Positions 38,518 to 46,081 of a DNA stretch of 64,000 nt are shown one piece after another (position 1 is the stretch's first letter; every line of letters begins with the position of its first letter). The stretch is from Candidatus Omnitrophota bacterium (GTDB lineage: Bacteria; Omnitrophota; Gorgyraeia; Zapsychrales; JANLHA01): the NCBI GenBank assembly GCA_963662715.1, contig OY759724.1, positions 2,650,662 through 2,714,661 on the forward strand, read 5' to 3'. Both the position numbers and the translations under genes were made by a program. The notes under the pieces were generated by a model, which was not told the origin of the DNA, made no database searches, and saw only the letters and a program-made list of their open reading frames with translations.

Positions 38518-38586
38518 GTATAATAAAAAAAGGGAATAAGCGTTGAACTTTTATCCCGGAGCCTGAATAAGGGAGAGGTGTGCTTG

Positions 38587-39651
38587 GTGAAACAAGTCTC
38601 GAGAAGGGAGTTCTTGCAGAGGTGTCTGTTCTGGATCTCTTCCGGATTAATTCTTGCTGTGCCGGGCTTAATATCGATTGTTCAGGGTCAAAAGAGAAGG
38701 CCGAAGTCCATGCAACCCCATCTTTCCGAACCAGGGTATCTTAAGCTGCACCGGCAAGGACAACTGACTGAACGGGCGCAGACATTGTGGAATATGATGG
38801 GACGTTGCGAACTCTGTCCCCGGCGCTGTCATAAAAACCGTCTGAAGGGAGAAACAGGATTTTGCGGAGCTGCAAAGGATCTTGTTATTGCGTCTCATGG
38901 GCCGCATTTTGGCGAGGAAAAGCCGTTGGTCGGCCGCGGGGGATCAGGCACGATCTTTTTTTCTCATTGCAGTCTGCGGTGTGTGTTTTGTATCAATTGG
39001 GACATCAGCCATCTCGGGAAAGGGACGGTCAGGGGCATCAATGATCTTGCTTATATGATGATGGATCTGCAACAGCAGGGATGCCATAATATCAATCTCG
39101 TGACGCCCACGCATTATGTCCCGCACATCCTTTTAGCCGTGGATAAGGCGGCGGGGTATGGCCTGCATTTGCCTTTGGTTTATAATACCTGTGGCTGGGA
39201 ACGCCTTGAGATCCTGGAATTCCTGGATGGGGTCATAGATGTCTATCTCCCGGATTATAAGTATGCGTCTTCGGCCATGTCAGAAAAGTATTCGGCAGGC
39301 GCTTCTTCCTATCCTTTCGTCGCTCAAAAAGCTCTTCTGCAGATGTACCGGCAGGTCGGCACGGCCCGGGTGGAGGCTGATGGACTCGTTAAAAAAGGGC
39401 TTATGATCCGGCATCTTGTCATGCCGGACCATGTTGGCGGCACGAAAGATGTCATTCAATGGATTGCGTCTCATTTGCCCAAAGACACGTATTTCAACCT
39501 TATGTCGCAGTATCATCCTTATCATAAAGCTTTTGACTACCCGGAGATCGCAAGAACTATTACGCCGCAGGAGTACCGGGAGTCCATCCAATGGGTGAAG
39601 GAGTCTGGTTTAACGCGTGTGGATTTCCAAAGAATGCCTTTGGGCGGTTAA
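38587..39651 (+). CDS. Radical SAM enzyme of the pyruvate-formate-lyase-activase / AmmeMemoRadiSam (AmrS)-like type, preceded in-frame by a twin-arginine (Tat) signal-like N-terminus
   Basis: The Cys cluster 'CELCPRRCHKNRLKGETGFCG' is followed by the radical SAM 'CSLRCVFC' motif. The N-terminus 'MKQVSRREFLQRCLFWISSGLILAVPGLISIVQG' is a textbook Tat signal (S-R-R-x-F-L + h-region). A good SD GGGAGAGG lies 9 nt before GTG 38587. An alternative internal start is ATG 38710. Confidence 0.75.
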   Translation: MKQVSRREFLQRCLFWISSGLILAVPGLISIVQGQKRRPKSMQPHLSEPGYLKLHRQGQLTERAQTLWNMMGRCELCPRRCHKNRLKGETGFCGAAKDLVIASHGPHFGEEKPLVGRGGSGTIFFSHCSLRCVFCINWDISHLGKGTVRGINDLAYMMMDLQQQGCHNINLVTPTHYVPHILLAVDKAAGYGLHLPLVYNTCGWERLEILEFLDGVIDVYLPDYKYASSAMSEKYSAGASSYPFVAQKALLQMYRQVGTARVEADGLVKKGLMIRHLVMPDHVGGTKDVIQWIASHLPKDTYFNLMSQYHPYHKAFDYPEIARTITPQEYRESIQWVKESGLTRVDFQRMPLGG

Positions 39652-39757
39652 GGGGACCTTATAGCGGGGAGGCCCCCAGGGGCTGTCTCCGAGAAAAAAA
39701 AGAAATTGCTAGTTATGAAGAGAGAATTCTGTTAATTTAACTCAAAGTGGAGGTCAT

Positions 39758-39919
39758 ATGAAAAAATATCGATGTGTTGTTTGCGGGTATGAATACGACC
39801 CGGCTGCCGGGGATCCTGAACAGGGGATCAATCCGGGTACGCCTTTTGAGGCATTGCCGGAAACATGGGTTTGCCCTGAATGCGGGGTTTCAAAATCCGA
39901 GTTTGAAGCTATTGATTGA
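39758..39919 (+). CDS. rub: Rubredoxin (53 aa)
   Basis: The sequence is '[53 protein letters not shown]'. Two CxxCG knuckles and conserved aromatic residues are present. An RBS GGAGG lies 6 nt upstream. The gene is absent from the ORF track. Confidence 0.9.
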   Translation: MKKYRCVVCGYEYDPAAGDPEQGINPGTPFEALPETWVCPECGVSKSEFEAID

Positions 39920-39946
39920 GTTGTTTAAGAAACATCTTTAGTCCGT

Positions 39947-40657
39947 ATGACATACATAACCGGGACATTCCTTGAAAAAGTACAGCGAACCTCAACGATC
40001 GAAAGTTTCCGATTCCGTTGGAGCGCCCCGGTGACTTTTCTCCCGGGGCAGTTTTCAAAAGTTGTCTTTGACAAGGACCGCCCTGATAATTCTGCCCAGA
40101 ACAAATTTTTATCTTTTTCCTCTCCGCCGCAGGCCCCCTATATGGAAATGACGAAACGACTCTCGCAAAGCGTTTTTTCAGAAAAGTTGAGAACCCTGGA
40201 GAAAGGGGATGAGGTTTCTTTCCTGGGTCCTATGGGGGCATGCACGTTTCAGGATGATTTTTCTAAGATCGGGTTTCTGATCGGCGGGATCGGGATCACC
40301 CCGGTTATGTCCATCGCGGGATATGTTATCGCCAAACAGCTCCCTGTTGATATGGTTTTGATTTATGCCAACAGGGACAAGGAACACATCGCCTTTCAGC
40401 AGGAATTACGGGCATTTTCAAAAGAATGCCCCGGACTCCATCTTCTGTTTGCTGTTGATGAAGGCCCGTGCCCGGATCCGCATTTTCACCTGGGACGTAT
40501 TGACCGGCAGTTGATAGAGACGGGGATGCCTGATTACCGGAACCGCACCATTTTTTCCTACGGCCCGCCGGCTATGGTTAAGGCTATGTGTGAATTATGT
40601 CTGGACATGGGATGTCAGCGGGAAAACTTAAGGACAGAGATATTTGCGGGGTACTAG
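39947..40657 (+). CDS. FNR-family FAD/NAD(P)-binding oxidoreductase (ferredoxin/rubredoxin reductase-like)
   Basis: The FAD-binding beta-barrel N-terminus and the NAD-binding 'IGGIGITP' motif are typical of the ferredoxin-NADP reductase / oxidoreductase FAD-NAD-binding family. Confidence 0.65.
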   Translation: MTYITGTFLEKVQRTSTIESFRFRWSAPVTFLPGQFSKVVFDKDRPDNSAQNKFLSFSSPPQAPYMEMTKRLSQSVFSEKLRTLEKGDEVSFLGPMGACTFQDDFSKIGFLIGGIGITPVMSIAGYVIAKQLPVDMVLIYANRDKEHIAFQQELRAFSKECPGLHLLFAVDEGPCPDPHFHLGRIDRQLIETGMPDYRNRTIFSYGPPAMVKAMCELCLDMGCQRENLRTEIFAGY

Positions 40658-40780
40658 CCGGTGTCGTGAATATGCCTGGCCTGCTCCCGGGGGCTTTCAG
40701 CCGGCGATAAGTTGACGTATTATTTGACAGCGGGATGCTGGTCCCCCTGAGTTTTAACTTTTCTATTACAGGAGGTATTC

Positions 40781-41428
40781 GTGGGTAATTATAAAACATT
40801 GGATAACCCCTTTGACGCTCAGCAGGCCTGGGCTGATGAAAACCGGCTTTTGCTGAATGCCAAGGGTATCAAATTGTTTAATATCATCGGAATGCCTGGC
40901 TCAGGCAAGACGAGTCTGATCGAGCGGACCATTGAAAAGCTGAAAGACCATATTACTATAGGCGTGATTGTGGGGCATATGGCCTCTTGCAAAGATGCCG
41001 AACGCCTGGTATCTCAAAATATTCCTGTCTGCCTGATTCAGTCGGAGAACAACGGTCAATTAGCCGCTCACCAGATCCACTGGGCGTTGCAGGAATTATG
41101 TGCTGAAGATAAGTTGGACCTGATTTTTCTGGAAAATATCGGGACTATGATTTGCCCGGAGAATTACGATGTCGGAGAGTTTACCAAAATCGTTATTTTA
41201 AACGTGACGGCCGGACAGGATATCGCGGAGAAATATCCCGGGATTTTTAAACAGGCTCAAGTCGTTGTCTTAACAAAGGTGGGGCTTTTGCCTTATGTGA
41301 ATTGTGATGTGTCTGTTATTAGGAAGAATATCAAAGAATTAAACTCCTCTGTTCATTTGTGTGAGGTTGATAATGTCCTGGGGACAGGGTTTGACGACTG
41401 GATTGATATTATAAGCAAGATTGTCTGA
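40781..41428 (+). CDS. hypB: HypB-like G3E-family metallochaperone GTPase (hydrogenase nickel incorporation protein)
   Basis: The P-loop 'GMPGSGKTSL', 'FLENIGTMICPENYDVGE' (switch / metal-binding CP) and 'VLTKVGLL' (NKxD-like) are present. No hypA or hydrogenase genes are adjacent. Confidence 0.7.
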   Translation: MGNYKTLDNPFDAQQAWADENRLLLNAKGIKLFNIIGMPGSGKTSLIERTIEKLKDHITIGVIVGHMASCKDAERLVSQNIPVCLIQSENNGQLAAHQIHWALQELCAEDKLDLIFLENIGTMICPENYDVGEFTKIVILNVTAGQDIAEKYPGIFKQAQVVVLTKVGLLPYVNCDVSVIRKNIKELNSSVHLCEVDNVLGTGFDDWIDIISKIV

Positions 41429-41654
41429 GAAAGAAGGACGACAGAAGGCTGTATCCCGGATTTTGTGTAAAATATATGAGTATTGAGTTGACAATTAAAT
41501 TAGCCGGGTGCAATAATACGCTGGAGTCTCCGGGGCATCGATGACCAAAGTTATAACGTTTACTCTCCCTTTGAGTTGCCTTTGCTGATTTTTTAACAAA
41601 AGATTCAAAAAGAGGAAGGAAAGTTTATCTTTCTGCAAAAGAGGAAAGTTTTTT

Positions 41655-42245
41655 ATGGCTGAACTGAAGCGTGTTGGCCCGTCCCTGCAAAAAAGTGCTT
41701 TGATCGCTTCTGTGAAAAGTATCGTGACAACAACATGTCATGAAAAGCTCAGTTGCGAGCCGGCACTGAAAACAGGGCATATTAAGTGGAATGATAAGCA
41801 TAAAATGATTATCCGTAGCAAGGACAGAGGATTTGAAGGCCCCTCTGTGGTTTCTGCTATCGGTTTGTTCCTTTCTGATAAACATGTTACGAAAGGCCTG
41901 CCTTGCGGGGCTGTCGTCCTTTTTTCCGATGAGTATTATGTCCGTAAACTCATGAGTTCTTCCGGGTTGCTCGGGGGGGATGTGTCGGATCCCGGTGTGA
42001 TTGTGGATTTTTGCAGTGAATTGTGCAATATGATTACCGGAGGCTTGATCAACAGGATTGTCATAGAAGGATATCAGGAAATATTGATGACAGCTCCTAT
42101 CACCAACCGGGAAGAGATTCCTGACGGGATCGCTTTTAACCCGGACTATACGGAATACATCGAATTTGTATTTTCCCTGTGGGATAAGCATGTTTTTACG
42201 ATTGTTTTAACATTGTCGGCAATTTTTTCTAAAGAGTACCCTTAA
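41655..42245 (+). CDS. Putative CheX/CheC-fold chemotaxis phosphatase-like protein (first gene of che operon)
   Basis: It sits directly upstream of cheY and the rest of the operon. The segment 'GDVSDPGVIVDFCSELCNMITGGLINRI' is weakly CheX-like. The gene was chosen over the overlapping antisense ORF 41625-42191. Confidence 0.45.
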   Translation: MAELKRVGPSLQKSALIASVKSIVTTTCHEKLSCEPALKTGHIKWNDKHKMIIRSKDRGFEGPSVVSAIGLFLSDKHVTKGLPCGAVVLFSDEYYVRKLMSSSGLLGGDVSDPGVIVDFCSELCNMITGGLINRIVIEGYQEILMTAPITNREEIPDGIAFNPDYTEYIEFVFSLWDKHVFTIVLTLSAIFSKEYP

Positions 42246-42251
42246 GGATTC

Positions 42252-42644
42252 ATGATGAAAAAGATACTTGTTGTTGATGACTCCTCTGTTCAGCGTAAAA
42301 TGATACACCAAATCATTAAACAAGCCGGTTTTGAAAATGATGTCCTGGAAGCAGGAAATGGAGAAGACGCGATTCAGGTCCTTGGGACAAATTTTAAAGA
42401 AGTCGGACTTATTTTATGTGACTGGCATATGCCGGAGATGAATGGTGTGGAGTTTATTGCAGGGGTCGCGAAGGTTCAAGCTGTAGCTGAAATCCCTGTG
42501 GTTATGGTTACGACGGCGGGAACGGAAGAGAAACTCAAGCAGGCGTACAGCGTCCATCCAAATTTGAAGGGGTATGTCGTAAAACCCTTTACATCTGAAA
42601 AATTGCGGACAATTATTGCACCATTGTTGGAGAGCACCTCTTAA
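42252..42644 (+). CDS. cheY: Chemotaxis response regulator CheY
   Basis: A single REC domain ('ILVVDDSSVQRKM', 'ILCDWHMPEMNG', 'VVKPF') in a che operon. Confidence 0.85.
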   Translation: MMKKILVVDDSSVQRKMIHQIIKQAGFENDVLEAGNGEDAIQVLGTNFKEVGLILCDWHMPEMNGVEFIAGVAKVQAVAEIPVVMVTTAGTEEKLKQAYSVHPNLKGYVVKPFTSEKLRTIIAPLLESTS

Positions 42645-42661
42645 TTTGAACGAAAAATCGT

Positions 42662-43165
42662 ATGGAAGAACAGAACCAGAATACAAAGAATGACTCCGGA
42701 TTGCCTAAGGACATTCTCCAATTTGTTTGTTTTAAATTGGCGGAGGAAGAATATGCTATTGATATCAGCCTGATTATGGAAGTTATCAAAATTCTTCCCG
42801 TTACCCCTGTTCCTCAGGTTCCTGATTTTTGCCTGGGGCTCATTAATTGCCGGGGAACGATTATTCCTCTTTTTGATCTCAGGATCAAGGTCCGGTTGCC
42901 CCAGAAACCTTTTGATTCAAAATCGAGGATCCTCATTGCCAATGTCGGGCAAGATTTCATTGGCTTGGTCATTGACGAAATACTGGATAATATCCGTGTC
43001 GAAACAAATCAAGTGGATTTAACGAAGTATTTGGCTATGAAAATCGGGAAGGAATATATTTGCGGGGTTGCGAGGGTGGAGGACCGGATGGTTGCCATAT
43101 TGGATTTTCAGAGAATGCATAGTGTTATTTTTGAAGAAATGACCTCGACACATGTTCAACCGTGA
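42662..43165 (+). CDS. cheW: CheW coupling protein (copy 1)
   Basis: A CheW fold is present ('FVCFKLAEEEYAIDISLIMEVIKI', 'INCRGTIIPLFDLR', 'FIGLVIDEILDN'). Confidence 0.8.
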   Translation: MEEQNQNTKNDSGLPKDILQFVCFKLAEEEYAIDISLIMEVIKILPVTPVPQVPDFCLGLINCRGTIIPLFDLRIKVRLPQKPFDSKSRILIANVGQDFIGLVIDEILDNIRVETNQVDLTKYLAMKIGKEYICGVARVEDRMVAILDFQRMHSVIFEEMTSTHVQP

Positions 43166-43198
43166 GGGCATATTGTTGCAGATACCGAGAGGATTACG

Positions 43199-43657
43199 AT
43201 GCAGGATAGTGAAAAAAGAAAACCGTCAGAAAGTCAGGAAGAAGTAAAGGTCATTGAGTTTTCTATTGGAGATTCGAGCTACGGGGTCTCTATCGACCAG
43301 GTTAAGGAGATTATTGCGGCTAATATTATGGTTGTCCCAGTCCCGGATGCCTTGCCGACCATTGAGGGAGCTATTAATTTGCGCGGGAGAATTATCCCGC
43401 TTATTAATTTGGCCAAGTTTCTGAACGCTGATACGGATAAAATAGGAAGGATTATTATTTCTGAGTTCCAGCAGAATTATTTTGGTTTTGGCGTGACAGA
43501 GGTGGCGAAATTGCACTCGGTGTCCGCGCGGGATATTGAAGACCCGCTTGATTTGCTGCAGGCCCGGGAGGGCTATGTGGTCGGCATTTCCAAGATTAAC
43601 GAAAGAATCCTTTATTTATTAGATTTGAAAAAAATCGCACAGTCCATTAACGCCTGA
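43199..43657 (+). CDS. cheW: CheW coupling protein (copy 2)
   Basis: The motifs 'VIEFSIGDSSYGVSIDQVKEI', 'INLRGRIIPLINL' and 'FGFGVTEVAKL' fit the CheW fold. Confidence 0.8.
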   Translation: MQDSEKRKPSESQEEVKVIEFSIGDSSYGVSIDQVKEIIAANIMVVPVPDALPTIEGAINLRGRIIPLINLAKFLNADTDKIGRIIISEFQQNYFGFGVTEVAKLHSVSARDIEDPLDLLQAREGYVVGISKINERILYLLDLKKIAQSINA

Positions 43658-43667
43658 ATCGGGGGGA

Positions 43668-44108
43668 TTGGTTTATATGATGAATCGACAGCAAGCTGAA
43701 CACGGGGAACAGCGGAAGTATGTCCGGATCGACCGTCGTTATATCATAAAATGTTCCCCTTTTTCGGCCAAAGATTTTTTGTCCCCCTCATCCGCGGATA
43801 TTACAGAAGGGTTATTGAAAAATATCAGTTGCGGCGGAGCTCTTTTTGAATCAGGAGCCAAATATGATGTGGGGACATTGCTGCGGATTGAACTGGCTTT
43901 GCCGGGATGGGAGCAGTTCAAGGTCGAGTTCCTTAAAGATGACAAGACGACATATTCCGCCCCTTTAACCGTCCTGGCCCATGTCGTGAGATTGGAAGTC
44001 CTTATCCAGAATGAGTTGTATGATATCGGGGCGTGCTTTTCCGCGATTGATGAAGGAGACAAATGGGCCTTATTTAAATATATCCAGAAATATTCCAAGA
44101 AGCATTAG
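43668..44108 (+). CDS. Stand-alone PilZ-domain protein (putative c-di-GMP receptor) embedded in che operon
   Basis: The PilZ motifs 'RKYVRIDRR' (RxxxR) and 'NISCGGALFES' ((D/N)xSxxG) are present. Confidence 0.7.
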   Translation: MVYMMNRQQAEHGEQRKYVRIDRRYIIKCSPFSAKDFLSPSSADITEGLLKNISCGGALFESGAKYDVGTLLRIELALPGWEQFKVEFLKDDKTTYSAPLTVLAHVVRLEVLIQNELYDIGACFSAIDEGDKWALFKYIQKYSKKH

Positions 44109-44123
44109 AGCCTATTTTTTAGA

Positions 44124-44981
44124 ATGACGAATACCCCACTTAAGATCAGTGATTATGAATTTGATGTCTTAAAAGACATTATGTATAAGCGTACCGGAGT
44201 TTTCTTGCGAGAGACAAAAAAGGCGTTGGTGATTTCCCGGCTGCGGAAGCGGCTGCTTGAGTTGGGCCTTTCCACTTTTGCAGAGTATATCTCTCTTCTG
44301 CGGGCGCCCGGCAGTCCGGAGGGGGACATCTTTGTTAATGCGATCACGACCAATGAAACCAATTTTTACCGGCATCCCAAACAATTTGATTATCTGTCAG
44401 CACATGTGTTGCCTGAATTGCGGGACGTGAAAACAAAAATTGGCCAGAAAACAATACGTATATGGTCTGCGGCCTGCTCTACAGGGGAAGAGCCCTATAC
44501 GATCGCTATGATCTGTCAGGAATTCTTTATGTCGGATAAATCCTGGGATGTCCGGATTTACGCTTCGGATATTAATAGCGAAGTCCTGAACTATGCCAAG
44601 AAAGGGGAATACTCGGAGCGGTCAGTCCGGGAACTCCCGGAACATTTGCTGGAAAAATATTTCCAACACAAAGAATTTGAGACAACTTATGGGAAAGAGA
44701 AGAAATATCTCTTGTCCGATAATATTATGAAGTTAGTCCAATTCCAGCGGCATAACCTGTTAACGTCTTTCAGGCAGAAGTATATCGATGTGGTTTTTTT
44801 TCGTAACGTTATGATCTATTTTGGAACAGAAAGCAAAGAAGACGTCTTGAGAAAAATTCATGCGATCATGTCCCCCGGGGGGTATTTGTTTATCAGCCTT
44901 TCTGAAAATCTTCCGTATAAGGGGATGGGGTTTGAGTTTCTGACTTTAGGGGTGCACCGCAGGCTGGATGATAAGGCCTGA
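44124..44981 (+). CDS. cheR: Chemotaxis protein methyltransferase CheR
   Basis: The SAM-MTase motif 'IRIWSAACSTGEEPYTIAM' and an N-terminal CheR helical domain with 'TNETNFYRHP' are present. Confidence 0.9.
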   Translation: MTNTPLKISDYEFDVLKDIMYKRTGVFLRETKKALVISRLRKRLLELGLSTFAEYISLLRAPGSPEGDIFVNAITTNETNFYRHPKQFDYLSAHVLPELRDVKTKIGQKTIRIWSAACSTGEEPYTIAMICQEFFMSDKSWDVRIYASDINSEVLNYAKKGEYSERSVRELPEHLLEKYFQHKEFETTYGKEKKYLLSDNIMKLVQFQRHNLLTSFRQKYIDVVFFRNVMIYFGTESKEDVLRKIHAIMSPGGYLFISLSENLPYKGMGFEFLTLGVHRRLDDKA

Positions 44982-45003
44982 TCTGCGGGACAAGGAGCCG
45001 AAA

Positions 45004-46062
45004 ATGATAAAAGCCGTTATTGCCGATGACTCCCAGCTTTTTAGAAAGGCATTAACAGAACTGTTGGAAACAGACGGGCGGATTTCCGTTATCGGAGCCG
45101 CTGCGGACGGACATGAAGCCATCCAGTATGTTAAAACCTTGACACCGGATGTCCTGATCCTGGACTATCAAATGCCGGGGATAGATGGGTTGGAAACGCT
45201 TAAGATCATTATGGAGGAAAATCCTCTCCCGGTCCTTATGCTGAGCGCCTTAACAAAAGAAGGGGCGGCTGTGACATTGCGGGCTTTGGAATTAGGAGCC
45301 GTAGATTATTTTACAAAACCTATCAGACATGCCGGGGATATTAAACAAGTTTCTGATGAGCTCATACAAAAAATTGTCGCTGTTGTGCAAACCAAAGCCA
45401 TTTCATATCCTAAGCCCATCCCCCGACCTGTCAAGGGAGATCTTAAAGCACTTAAAGATTTGAAAAAGAGAGACGTAGATATTATTGCCGTCGGTTCATC
45501 CACGGGAGGCGTTAAGGCGGCCGTCGATATCCTTTCGGACCTGCCTTCGGCCATGAAACCTATCGTCTGGGTGCAGCACATGCCCCGTACTTTTACGGCC
45601 AGTTTTGCGGAACGCCTGAATCAATATTCCAAACTGCATGTTAAGGAAGCAGAAGACGGCGATGTCGTTCAGCCCGATACCTGTTATATTGCCCGGGCAG
45701 GTTTTCAGATGGTCGTTGAATCCAAGGATAATCACCGGCGGCTTCGTTTGTATGAGGATCTCAGTTCGGACAATCTCCATTGCCCGTCATGTGATGTCCT
45801 GTTTGAATCCGTGGCCAAGCTATACGGTACTAAGGCCATCGGTGTCATTTTGACCGGTATGGGCAAAGACGGAACCGAAGGGTTGCTGAAAATGCATGAA
45901 CAGGGGGCCTTTGTGATTGGCCAGAATGAGGCCAGCAGTATTGTTTACGGCATGGCTAAAGCCGCGAGAAAAGCCGGAGCCGTTGATCTGGAATTAGACG
46001 TGTGTTATGTAGCGGAAGCGCTCGTGCGACTAGGCTCAGCGCAGATGAAACTGAATTTATAA
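45004..46062 (+). CDS. cheB: Chemotaxis methylesterase/deamidase CheB (REC + CheB_methylest)
   Basis: The REC domain is 'KAVIADDSQLFRKAL...VLILDYQMPGIDGLE'. The esterase motifs 'IIAVGSSTGGV', 'HMP' and 'TGMGKDG' are present. The start was set at ATG 45004 with an AAGGAG RBS. Confidence 0.9.
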   Translation: MIKAVIADDSQLFRKALTELLETDGRISVIGAAADGHEAIQYVKTLTPDVLILDYQMPGIDGLETLKIIMEENPLPVLMLSALTKEGAAVTLRALELGAVDYFTKPIRHAGDIKQVSDELIQKIVAVVQTKAISYPKPIPRPVKGDLKALKDLKKRDVDIIAVGSSTGGVKAAVDILSDLPSAMKPIVWVQHMPRTFTASFAERLNQYSKLHVKEAEDGDVVQPDTCYIARAGFQMVVESKDNHRRLRLYEDLSSDNLHCPSCDVLFESVAKLYGTKAIGVILTGMGKDGTEGLLKMHEQGAFVIGQNEASSIVYGMAKAARKAGAVDLELDVCYVAEALVRLGSAQMKLNL

Positions 46063-46081
46063 ACATCCTTCAGGAATTCTT

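Noticed and set aside
38578-38586. GTG at 38578 as start of the radical SAM gene (ORF-track start)
   Set aside because: It is immediately adjacent to the SD sequence with zero spacing. The GTG at 38587 has canonical 9-nt spacing and yields the clean M-K-Q-V-S-R-R-E-F-L Tat motif.
41625-42191. 188-aa minus-strand ORF overlapping the first che-operon gene
   Set aside because: It is entirely antisense to the plus-strand ORF 41655-42245, which is co-oriented and contiguous with cheY and the rest of the operon. It has no recognisable motifs and is likely a shadow ORF.
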